Translations under genes and position numbers: made by a program
The notes under the pieces: generated by a model
Told to the model about the DNA's origin: nothing
Database searches by the model: none
Seen by the model: the letters and a program-made list of their open reading frames with translations, nothing else
Shown: piece after piece, positions 54,795 through 64,000 of the stretch
Position numbering within the stretch: the stretch's first letter is position 1
Layout: every line of letters begins with the position of its first letter
Source: a candidate division FCPU426 bacterium
Lineage (GTDB): Bacteria; Oederibacteriota; Muellerivitia; Muellerivitales; Muellerivitaceae
Assembly (NCBI GenBank): GCA_963738405.1
Contig: CAVTWJ010000018.1
Location: forward strand, 76,294 to 140,293
Reading direction: 5' to 3'
DNA length: 64,000 nt

Positions 54795-54824
54795 CGGGCG
54801 AGCCGCACCCTGCCGGGACAATCC

Positions 54825-56600
54825 ATGACACAAAGACCGCGTATTGCCCATTTCGCCGGGCCAAACGCCACCATCCAGAACAGCCCGCCACTCGTCACCA
54901 GCAACAAGGCGCGGAAGCAATACGGTCTGCCGCTCGGCACCAATCCGGACGGTACGCCGGCGCGTTTCGACGTGCTGCGTCCGCAGCGCCTCGCCGCGCC
55001 GGTGACGGTCTACGTCGAGCAGTTCAGCGCCCATCCGCTCGAGCGCGACGCCGCCGAGCTTTATGGTCCGCCTGACGGCTATGTCGACGCGGACGGTCGC
55101 TTCCACAAGGAGCGGCAGCGCCCGAAGGACAAGCCAGTCTATGAGATCGTGCTGTCGCCGGAGGACGGGCTCTATCCGCTCCCCTACATGGCGCGGCAGG
55201 CCGATCGGCACCGCCTGGGAGGAGGACATGCGCGACGCCCGGCGCGCCGGAGGAACGCGCGCGCCAAGCCGTTCTATCCCGACGGCTCGCGCATCTTCGA
55301 GGAGATCGACCGGCTGGGCATCGGCGAAAACGGTCTCGGCAATCTCATCGCCGCGCGCGCCGACGGTCGATTTCTACCGCGTGCTTCCGCCGGGCGGCTA
55401 TACCAAGGGCCTGCCGCCGGCGAACGCACCGATATCGGCGACGGGCGACATCCCGCCCGGAACGGCGCGGCCGCGACTTCTTTCCCTACCGGCCGCGTCA
55501 CCTCGATTCCACGAGCCGCGGCTTGGCCTCGCGCGCATCGCCAACGGGGTGCAGCGAGGTCCTCGTCGAGCGGACAATATCAGGGCGGCATCTGGTCGCA
55601 GGGCAGTCCGCGCATCGAGGAGACGATCTATTGGCTCACCTCTGCTCGAATCACCGTGCCGGTCTGCGGCAACTCGGCGCAGCGCCCGCACGGCCAGGTG
55701 AGCGAGGACGGCTCCAAGAACCTGACCGATTCCGTCGACTACATCGCCTCCCGCGTCTGGGCTGACGAGGCGGGCGCAATCGCGCCGGTGCGGTCCTCAT
55801 CCAGGAGCAGCAGATCTTCGCTGCACGCGACGTGCAGAAAGGCGATGCACGGCCGGGCGGATACTCACGACCGGCGGACACGGCGGCATCATCGGCGCGG
55901 TCGGCTATGACGGGCCGCCGCGGCTCACCTACCTGCCCCACACGTTGCACAGCTATCTGTCGGAAGTGAATATTTCGCGGCTGCCGGACAAGACGGTCGG
56001 CGTGCGCAGCGACGGCGCGAAGGCAAACCCCGTTGAGGTGCCTATCAAGGACGGCGCCGGCAAGCTGCTCGACGGCGCCATCCCCAAGGTCGTGATCGTC
56101 AAGGACGGTACCTACGATAGTGACGATTTCGACGTCGATCTCAATCGCGAGATCGATCTCTTGGCGCGCATGGAGCACAATCTGCGGCACGCGCCACTCG
56201 CAGGCTTCATCGTCGAAGGTCTTTCGCCTTACGGCATCATGACCTCGGTAGCGCGGCACCGGCTGATGCTGCGCGCGGTGCATCGCGGCATGCCGGTCGT
56301 GCGCGTCGGCCGCGGCAACAACGCCGGCTTCACGCCGCGGCGCGACCGAATGATCGGCGGGGGCAATCTCACCGCCACCAAAGCCCGCCTGCTGCTGATG
56401 GCCTGTCTGATGAAGTTCGGCGGCTTGCCGCCGGCGGCCGATCCCGATCATCCGACCGAGGCCGAAGCGGCCGCCATCCGCAACAAGGTCTCGGCTTATC
56501 AGGCGTGTTCGATACGCACTGACGCGTTCCAGCAGCAATCCGCGGCGGCCCGCAGGCAAGCTTCGCTTGGCCGCCTGCCGTCCGATGCTATAAGCGACGA
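54825..56600 (+). pseudogene. L-asparaginase-family gene disrupted by apparent frameshifts
   Basis: The C-terminal domain is recognisable in ORF 55945..56835 (GMPVVRVGRGNNAGFTP ... TATKARLLLMACL). The N-terminal part is in ORF 54825.., and the middle is unreadable in any single frame. Confidence 0.45.
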
Positions 56601-56628
56601 TCGAATCCGCCCACTTAAGAGGAAAAGC

Positions 56629-57636
56629 ATGCCGATCGACGTGCACGCGCATTACGTGCCCAACCGGCTCATCGACACGCTGGAGGAGCATGCTCGGGAG
56701 TACGGTGTTTCGCTGATCAAAACACCGCCGCAATGCGCGCTGCATTTCCACTACGGGCTGAAAATCCGTCCGTTTTTTCCCAAGCTCGTCGAGGCGTCGA
56801 TCAGCGGCTCGCCGGAATGGCCGCGCAGGGCGTGACCTGCCAGGTGCTCTCGGTATGGCCTGACATTTTCGCCTATGGATTGCCGGCGCGGATTGCGGTG
56901 CGCTGGCACCGGCTCTTGAACGAAACTCTATCCGATCTGTGCGCCAAGCATCCGGGCCAATTCGCGTTGTTCGCGTCCGTGCCGCTACCGGACGCGGCTG
57001 CCGCGGCGCGCGAGGCCGAATACACCATGAAGCAGCTCGGCGCCGCGGGTCTTGTGGTCGCCACCAACGTCGAGGGCACCAATCTCGGCGAGATTGCGCT
57101 CGATGAGTTCTGGGACGCAGCAGTCAAACTCGATGCGCCGGTATTCATGCATCCGGTGCAGGCAATGCCAACTCCGCGCATCGCCAAATTCGCTCTGGTG
57201 CAGATCGCGCAATACACGTTCGACACGACGCTTTGTGTCGGCTCACTGATTTTTTCTGGCGTCCTTGATCGCTTCCCTGACCCTGCGCCTGATCCTGTCG
57301 CATGGCGGCGGCGCATTTCCCTATTTGCTTGGCCGCTTCGACTGCATGCACGCGCGCATGGACCGTGCGGCACAAGCCGATGTTGCCGTTTCAACCCCGT
57401 CGGCTTACGTCCAGCGCTTTCACTACGACACGGTTCTGCATAATCCCATGCAGTTGCGCTGGCTCGCCGAGGCCGTGAGCGTCGACCGCATCGTTTTGGG
57501 CAGCGACTATTCGTTCCCGCCCGCCGATCTCGACCCGATCGCGACAGTGCGCATGGCGGGCTTTGCCGACGCGGATGTGGCAAAAATCCTCGACCAGAAC
57601 GCGCTCAAGCTGATGCCGCGGCTGCGAACAGCGTGA
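56629..57636 (+). pseudogene. amidohydrolase-2 (ACMSD-like) family gene with two apparent frameshifts
   Basis: MPIDVHAHYVP at the start and a C-terminal LGSDYSFPP motif are in different frames (ORFs 55945.., 56733.., 57265..). Together they reconstruct one gene of about 335 aa. Confidence 0.55.
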
Positions 57637-57698
57637 ACGCGCGGGACAGAGACAATAGTTGGCCGCGCGGCCGGTGCGGATCCCGGAATCAACCTGCT

Positions 57699-58865
57699 TC
57701 AGAGCAGGAAATCCTGGCTCTCAAGACCGAACATGACGGCACCCCAGTTAGCGCCGTAATGCTCATATTGATTGGAGACATGCTGGCGTGCGGCCAACAG
57801 GTCATTGAGTATTCTGCCGAAAGGCAAATCTTCGGATAGGCCCGCGGCCCCGGTCGCCTTGAAGATTCGCGCCGCGAGAAGCGTACAGCGCTCAATCACC
57901 GCGCTCGATTGAAACTTGAATTGCAGCCGTAATTCGAGCGGCGGCGCCTCATCACGCTGCGCATAGTCATGCAGCGTGCAGCAATTGCGATGCAGCGTCT
58001 GCCGCATCTCATCGAGCGCCGCCGCCGTCTCGGCGCAGAGCAGCTGGATGGTGGGATTTTGTGATGAGAGGCCGCCGGCCCGAGAGGCCCGGCCGCGGCT
58101 ATGCGCGATGAGCGCCGTGAGCATGGCCTGCAGCGCGCCGAGGCCGGCGGTGGAAACGCCGCGCACGAAGATCTGCCCAAACGGCAAACGGTAGAGGCTA
58201 GACGGATTGGCCGCTTGACCGGCACCTTTAAGCCGAAAATTGTCCTGCAGGCGTTGCGCGCGATAGTGCGGAACGAAAACGTCCTCGACAACCACATCGA
58301 TGCTTCCCGTGCCCTGAAGACCTGCGACCTGCCAGTTGTCGACGGTCCGATAGTCCTGACGCGGCACAACGAAGAAATACCAATCGGGCGGCGCATTGCC
58401 GGCATGCACCATGCCGCCGAGCAAGGCCCAACCGCTGTGCTCGCAGGCGCTGGCGTAGCGCCAATGACCGGTGAGACGGAACCCGCCGTCGACCGCGGTC
58501 GCCTTGCCCGCCGGCATCGTGGAAGAGCAGATCAGCGTCTCGGTATCCTGGCCCCAAACTTCTTGCGCGACGCGGTCGTCGATCAGGCCCAGAAACCAAC
58601 TGACGACCCCAAGCACGCCGTAACCCCATCCCGCAGACATATCGCCTTCGCCCAGCGCCATCTCGATGTCGTAGAAGGTATTGAGGTCCATCTCGTAGCC
58701 GCCCCAGCGCTTCGGCTGCAGCACGCGAAAGAACCCCGCCGCCTGCATCTCGGCGATGGTCTCGGGTAGGATTCCTCGCCTGCTTTTTTGCTCGATGGAA
58801 CGCCCGGCGAGCGCTGGAATCATCGATCGGGCGGCTGCAACCAGCTCTGCCGGGTCAGGTGTCAT
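57699..58865 (-). CDS. acyl-CoA dehydrogenase-fold flavin-dependent oxygenase/dehydrogenase (intact)
   Basis: It is 388 aa with an ACAD-like fold (WGGYEMDL ..., C-terminal four-helix region). There are no frame breaks. Confidence 0.65.
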   Translation of the reverse strand: MTPDPAELVAAARSMIPALAGRSIEQKSRRGILPETIAEMQAAGFFRVLQPKRWGGYEMDLNTFYDIEMALGEGDMSAGWGYGVLGVVSWFLGLIDDRVAQEVWGQDTETLICSSTMPAGKATAVDGGFRLTGHWRYASACEHSGWALLGGMVHAGNAPPDWYFFVVPRQDYRTVDNWQVAGLQGTGSIDVVVEDVFVPHYRAQRLQDNFRLKGAGQAANPSSLYRLPFGQIFVRGVSTAGLGALQAMLTALIAHSRGRASRAGGLSSQNPTIQLLCAETAAALDEMRQTLHRNCCTLHDYAQRDEAPPLELRLQFKFQSSAVIERCTLLAARIFKATGAAGLSEDLPFGRILNDLLAARQHVSNQYEHYGANWGAVMFGLESQDFLL

Positions 58866-59331
58866 TTTTTGAATGGGGTCGGACCTTCATCCGGCCTTCC
58901 ATGTACGCTTGAGAGGATCGTGGTCAGGATAGCGTTGACGCCGCCCGACACGCAATTCACTTGGCCCGCGAAGTCGGGACCGAAGCAAATCTTCCCCGCC
59001 GTAATTATAAGCACTCTGAACTGTCGAGCCCCAGGCGTTTGGACATACGCAGAATGTCCGGCGCTGCCTAGGAGCCGATCGGAGGAACATTATGGCAGGC
59101 GTATGCTCGGTCCGGTTGAAGCGCCCCGGCCTCCGATGCGGCTAGGAACGCCGAGCGCCTTTCGCGAATCATAATCCGCGACCCACATCGAGCCCTTCCG
59201 GCCATTCGGGCAGGCCTTGCCGATACGTTTGCGCTTGGGAGGCCTGCGCATCGAGAGGAGCGTGGCGCGAGGCTTCGGGAATAGAATAATATCCAACGAA
59301 AATCCGTCCGACTAACTGGGAGGCGGCCAAT

Positions 59332-60308
59332 ATGATGAGGGTCCTACTTACGGCACTGCTGTGCGCCGGATGGGCGTTGCACAGCGCCAGTCCAGCGAAC
59401 GCGCAGGCCTATCAGACCAAGGAGCCGATCAAAGTCATCGTCCCCTTCCCGCCGGGCGGCCCGACCGACGGCATGGCGCGCATCATCTCCGAAAAACTCG
59501 GCGCTATCCTGGGCCAGACCATCGTCATCGAGAATCGCGGTGGCGCCGGCGGCGGCATCGGCGGCAAGTTCGTCGCGGAGTCCGCCTCCCGGTGGCTACA
59601 CCATCCTGATGACGCCGGGCGGCGCGCTCACGACCGGGCCCATCATCAATCCCAACATCGGCTACGATCCGGTCAAGGTATTCGCTTCGGTGTGCGAGCT
59701 GATCGAGACGCCGCTAATCGTCTCGGTCAATCCGAGCCTGCCGGTAACGTCGATGGCCGAGATCGTAGCTTACGCCAAGGCGAATCCCGGCAAGATCAAA
59801 TGGGGCTCGCAGGGTTTCGGCACCGCGCCGCATCTGCTCGCCGAAATGTTCAAGCTCGAAGCCAACGTCAACGTCCTCCACGTGCCGTATCGCGGAACAG
59901 CGCCGACGCTGAACGCGATTCTGGCCAATGAGGTACAGATGGTTGCCGATCCCGCCACCACGAGCCTGCCTTATATCCAGGATGGCAAGCTGCACGCCAT
60001 CGCCATCGCGGGCGATACCCGCGATCCGAAATTGCCCGATGTGCCGATCGTCGGCGAGGAAGGCTTCCCCAAGCTCCTGTCGCCCTTCTGGCTCGCCGTC
60101 GTGGCGCCGGCCGGAACCCCGCATGATGTCATCGCAAAGCTCAACGGGCATTCCGTCAGGCTTTGCCGCACCGGAGACGCGCTCGCGGCTCGACGCGCTT
60201 GACGCACAGAGCAAGGTCGGCAGCCCCGAGGATCTCGACAAGATGCTGGCCGCGGAACGTGCGCGCTGGAGCGAGGTCGTCAAGGCGGCCAACATTAAGA
60301 TGGAATGA
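59332..60308 (+). pseudogene. Bug/TctC-family tripartite tricarboxylate transporter substrate-binding protein with two apparent one-base frameshifts
   Basis: It has a signal peptide and PFPPGGPTDGMARI in frame 1. It continues as PPGGYTILMTPGG... in frame 2 from about 59,585, and the C-terminal RSRLDALDAQ...ANIKME is in a third frame. Confidence 0.6.
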
Positions 60309-60379
60309 CGCGCGCACGCCTGGCTTTGCCGAAGCCGGTTTGCGCTTTTGTTCATGCTCAGCAGTGAGAGTTCCCCGCC

Positions 60380-61531
60380 ATGTTTCGCCGCGATACGCCT
60401 GACGAAGCCGCGTTCCGCACTGAGGTGCGCACGTGGCTTGAGGCCAATCTGCCGGCGGCGTTGCGCTGGCGCACGGCGCGGCCGCCGCCCGCGGAGCTGA
60501 TGCCCTGGTACCAAACGCTCTCGCGCAAAGGCTGGGTCGCGCCCCATTGGCCCAAGCAGTACGGCGGCATGGGCGCAACACTGAATGAACAGATCATCAT
60601 GACCGAAGAGCTGGCGCGCGTCGGCGCGCCGCAGCTCCCGGCCCAAGGCCTCAATCACATCGGGCCGATCATCATGGAGTTCGGCACCGCTGCGCAGAAG
60701 GCGCAGCATCTGCCGCCGATCATCGCCGGCACGGTGATCTGGGCCCAGGGTTATTCCGAACCGGGCGCCGGCTCCGACCTTGCCAGCCTTTCGACCCGCG
60801 CGACGCTGGAAGGCGATCATTTCGTCGTGCAGGGACAAAAAATCTGGACCACCTGGGGTCATCATTCGCAATGGATGTTCGCGCTCGTACGCACCGATCC
60901 GCAGGCGCAGCCGCGGCACGCCGGCATCAGTTTCCTGCTCATCGATCTGCAGAGCCCAGGCATTCGCATCAGGCCGATCAAGACGATCGCCGGCGATGAC
61001 GAATTCAGTGAGGTGTTCTTTGACGGCGTGCTAGTGCCCACGGAAAACCTGATCGGGAAGGTCAACGACGGCTGGCGGATCGCCAATGCGCTGTTGGGAT
61101 ACGAACGCCTGGGCACTTCGAATCCCCAATTCGCCTGGATCGCGCTGGAGCGTATCAAGACGATGGCGCGAGCATCGGGCGTGATCGCCGATCTGGCGTT
61201 CCAGGATCGCCTCGCGGCCGCGAGCATCAATGTGACGGCGTTGGCAGCCATGTTCAGCCACACCGTCAAACTCACCAACCAGAAACAGAGCCCGGGCCCG
61301 GAAGCCTCTGTGGTCAAGATCTTTGGCTCCGAGCTGCTGCAGTCGCTCAATGAACTTCTGATCGAGGCGGCCGGCGGTCACGCAACCGCCGCGGATCCGA
61401 TCACCACGAACTTCGGCACGGTCGACGTTGCCGGGCCGTTCCTGCAGGTGCGGCGCGCGACCATCTACGGCGGCTCCTCGGAGATCCAGCGCAATGTACT
61501 CGCCCGCCGCGTCCTGAACCTGCCAAGCTAA
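60380..61531 (+). CDS. acyl-CoA dehydrogenase family protein (intact)
   Basis: It has ACAD motifs (YSEPGAGSDLASL; IYGGSSEIQRNVLARRVL). Confidence 0.8.
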   Translation: MFRRDTPDEAAFRTEVRTWLEANLPAALRWRTARPPPAELMPWYQTLSRKGWVAPHWPKQYGGMGATLNEQIIMTEELARVGAPQLPAQGLNHIGPIIMEFGTAAQKAQHLPPIIAGTVIWAQGYSEPGAGSDLASLSTRATLEGDHFVVQGQKIWTTWGHHSQWMFALVRTDPQAQPRHAGISFLLIDLQSPGIRIRPIKTIAGDDEFSEVFFDGVLVPTENLIGKVNDGWRIANALLGYERLGTSNPQFAWIALERIKTMARASGVIADLAFQDRLAAASINVTALAAMFSHTVKLTNQKQSPGPEASVVKIFGSELLQSLNELLIEAAGGHATAADPITTNFGTVDVAGPFLQVRRATIYGGSSEIQRNVLARRVLNLPS

Positions 61532-61552
61532 CGAGACCCGCAGTCGATCGAC

Positions 61553-62647
61553 ATGGACCTGCATCTCACATCGGAGCAAAGCCTGCTGCGCGACAGCGCC
61601 GCCAAATTTGCCGCGGCTGCGGGGCCCAAGGTGGCCCGTGCACTACGCGAACAGAATCCGAGTTCTCGCGGCCCAGGTTGCAGCAAGCCGGCGAGCTCGG
61701 ATGGCTTGGGATTCTCGTCCCGGATGCGGCGAATGGCCTTGGTTTGGGCCTTACCGAATTGGCCTTGGTGCTTGAACAAGCCGGTCGCGGCCTGATCTGC
61801 GAGCCAATCGGGCTTGCGGCCATATCGGCTGCGATGCTTGCGCTGGCGCCCACTCCTCATCCGAAGCTACAACAGGTGCTGGAGGGCGACTGGCTTGTCG
61901 TGCCGGCCCTGCAGGAGACCGCGCAGGGCGACGACCCGCTTGTGCCGCGCACCCAAGCCGCAGGCCGCGACGGAGCGGTTCGCCTGACCGGGCCAAAAAG
62001 TATTTGTGTGTGCCGACGGCGCCGATGGTTTTCTGGTCAGCGCCAGCGGGCGCGATGGACTTGTGCTCGGCCATGTAGCGCGCAACGCGCCCGGCTGCAC
62101 CTTGACGACGACGCAGACTGTGGAGGGCCGCAAGCTTGCGACCTTGAGCCTTGCAGATACGCCGGCGGATTTCATCCCGCCGCATCCGTCATCGCCCAAT
62201 GCGGTAGAGTCGCTGCATCATCTCACGCTGTTCGCGCTCGCCGCTGAACTGCTTGGCGTGATGGAAAAGGCGCAGGAGATCACGTTCGACTACCTGCGCC
62301 TCCGTAAGCAGTTCGGCAAGCCAATCGGCAGCTTTCAGGCGCTGCAGCATCAGGCGGTCAACACTTACATCAGGACCGAGGCGACACGCTCGCTGGTCTT
62401 TCAGGTCGCGGCCAACAACGAGGCCTATCGCATCGATCCCGCATTGGCCATCGCCATGAAAGCGAAAGCGTCGGAGGACGCCATGTTTGTGACCGAGGCC
62501 TGCATCCAGCTGCACGGCGCCATCGGCTTCACCGACGAGCACGACATCGGGCTTTATCTCAAGCGGGCCATGCTGCTGTCGTCGCTGTCAGGCAACGCGG
62601 CGGCCCAGCGGCGCCGCTATGTGAAAATAGCCGAGCTGGCGCTATAG
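61553..62647 (+). pseudogene. acyl-CoA dehydrogenase family gene with apparent frameshifts
   Basis: The ACAD C-terminal domain (GKPIGSFQALQHQAVNTY ... IQLHGAIGFTDEHDIGLYLKRA) is in ORF 62006... The N-terminal and middle parts are in ORFs 61553.. and 61678.., in other frames. Confidence 0.55.
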
Positions 62648-62713
62648 ATTTGCGAAGCCGCGCGTGCAATCCATCGCAAAACTGCATAACGCTGCACGAA
62701 TGGCTTTGCCGGC

Positions 62714-63514
62714 TTGGATCAGGAGAAGTTCATGAGCGAAGAACAGACGGTCACCTACGAACTCGAGGGCGAAGTCGCCCTCGTCGGCCTGAATCGTCCC
62801 GACAAGCGCAATTGCTTTAATCCGACGTCTGAAGCAATTGCGCGAGGCCATCGAGCGTGCCGGCGAAGAAGCCAAATGCGGCATCATCTTCGGTCACGGC
62901 GATCGAATTTCTGCGCCGGGCTCGACCTGCAAACGGGCGGCGGAGAACTGGAAGAACGGGCGCGCTCAGCGGCTGCCGTTTCCGTTCAATCGCAATACTT
63001 AGTTCGAAGCGATGGCGCGCGGCAAATCCCGTTCATAGCGGCGATGCACGGCGCGACGCTCGGGCGGCGGACTCGAGACGCCGCTGCCGCGCATATCCGG
63101 GTGGCGGATGAAACCACGTTTTTGGGCTGCCCGAGGCGACCCGCGGGATCTTCCTCGGCGGCGGCGGATCGGTCCGCATCGCGCGGCTGATCGGGTTTGC
63201 GCGCATGCAGGATCTGATGCTCACCGGCCGCGCGCTCAGCCCCGAGGAAGCCGAGCGTTACGGGGCCGTCCAATACGTCGTGCCCGAAGGGCAGGCGCTG
63301 GCGAAAGCAAGGAACTCGCAGCGAAGATTTGCATGAACGCACCGCTGTCAAATTTCGCCATCACCAACAGCCTGCCGCGGATTCAGGACCTGTCCTACGA
63401 CGACGGCCTCTATTTCGAGCGCATGATCGGGGAGTTCACGCGCAGTCCTGAGTCGTTCACGCGGCTAATAAGTTTCTCGACAAAACCGCTCCGCGCGTCC
63501 GCATGCCGGATTAA
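62714..63514 (+). pseudogene. enoyl-CoA hydratase/isomerase (crotonase) family gene with apparent frameshifts
   Basis: The N-terminus is VALVGLNRPDKRNCF, and the C-terminal FLDKTAPRVRMPD* is in another frame. At least three frame changes are needed to read the whole gene. Confidence 0.5.
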
Positions 63515-63537
63515 CGACAATACAGGGAGGGTGAACC

Positions 63538-64000
63538 ATGGGTTTGCGCGACAACGCGATCGTTGCCTACGCCGAAACCAAGGTGATGGAGAAGAGCGAC
63601 CGGGACGTGTTCGTGCTGGGCGGCGAAATTCTTGAGGAATTGCTCGACAAGACCGGCGTTGAAAAAAACGAGATCGATGGCCTGGTGATGGCGGGCCTGA
63701 CCGGCACCGGCGCCGCCAATCCGTTCTGGGCGCAAACCACGGCCGACGTGCTCGGCCTCGACGTCGGTTTCTGCGAGCAGGTTCACACCGGCGGCTGTTC
63801 GGCCGCCGGATGCGTCGTGCGGGCGGCGGCGGCGATCGATTATGGGCTGTGCGACGTCGCGTTTCTGCTCTTCGCCGACACCCACGTGCTAGAGGACAAG
63901 ACCGACCACAGCCACTCCTATCGGCGCGAGTGGACCGATCCCTACGGCCTGATGGGGCCGCCGGGCGCCTTTGGGCTGCTCAGCCGCGCCTACGAGGCGA
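63538..64000 (+). CDS. thiolase-like (SCP-x/nonspecific lipid-transfer-type thiolase) protein; the 3' end runs off the window
   Basis: A GGGAGG ribosome-binding site sits 7 nt upstream of the ATG. The thiolase N-terminal pattern is present (IVAYAETKVME ... GLVMAGLTGTG ... CSAAGC). The frame is open to the window end. Confidence 0.6.
   Translation, partial: MGLRDNAIVAYAETKVMEKSDRDVFVLGGEILEELLDKTGVEKNEIDGLVMAGLTGTGAANPFWAQTTADVLGLDVGFCEQVHTGGCSAAGCVVRAAAAIDYGLCDVAFLLFADTHVLEDKTDHSHSYRREWTDPYGLMGPPGAFGLLSRAYEA

Noticed and set aside
59714-60919. 401-aa minus-strand ORF across the tctC region, and other long R/A/S-rich ORFs in 55-58 kb (for example 55651..56751- and 58101..58769+)
   Set aside because: High-GC DNA yields long spurious ORFs on the opposite strand. 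These overlap better-supported sense-strand genes and have no recognisable motifs.
1-64000. CRISPR arrays, rRNA genes, integrases, transposases, inteins and group II introns
   Set aside because: I scanned for regularly spaced direct repeats, rRNA-like conserved stretches and recombinase/transposase motifs. None were found in this window.

Overview
The window splits into two parts. Positions 1 to about 53,100 (roughly 55% GC by eye) look like a clean, frameshift-free piece of a bacterial chromosome. Housekeeping genes identified there:
- hypE (3' end)
- ispH
- addB and addA, with a foreign ORF wedged between them
- a CDF metal exporter
- a hopanoid/squalene hpnC-hpnD-hpnE operon
- an SGNH/MBOAT O-acylation cluster with a tRNA-Val(CAC) in its middle
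- nadE, queD and an SRAP/YedK-type peptidase
- erpA
- a lipoate/glycine-cleavage supercluster: LplA/LipM-like ligase, lpd, gcvT, gcvH, fused gcvP, lipA
- prfC
- pncA and pncB
- a TatT-associated TRAP transporter
- a TetR / ECF sigma / anti-sigma / TolC envelope-stress module

Several small low-GC islets (about 30-45% GC) interrupt otherwise conserved gene neighbourhoods. The most system-like candidates for something undescribed are:
- a 176-aa ORF between addB and addA
- a GrpB nucleotidyltransferase-fold gene plus a CYTH triphosphate-tunnel gene tightly coupled inside the gcv operon
- tandem overlapping zinc-ribbon mini-proteins
- the SGNH / MBOAT / NHL-SGNH cluster

At about 53.1 kb a TolC-family gene is cut short and composition jumps to roughly 65% GC. 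The last 11 kb carry proteobacterial-type catabolic genes: an NMT1/SsuA-like binding protein, an isochorismatase, asparaginase-like, amidohydrolase-2, Bug/TctC, acyl-CoA dehydrogenases, an enoyl-CoA hydratase and a thiolase. Many of these are broken by single-base frameshifts. This part is either a chimeric join or error-rich contaminant, or a decaying horizontally acquired island. No CRISPR arrays, rRNAs, integrases or transposases were seen.
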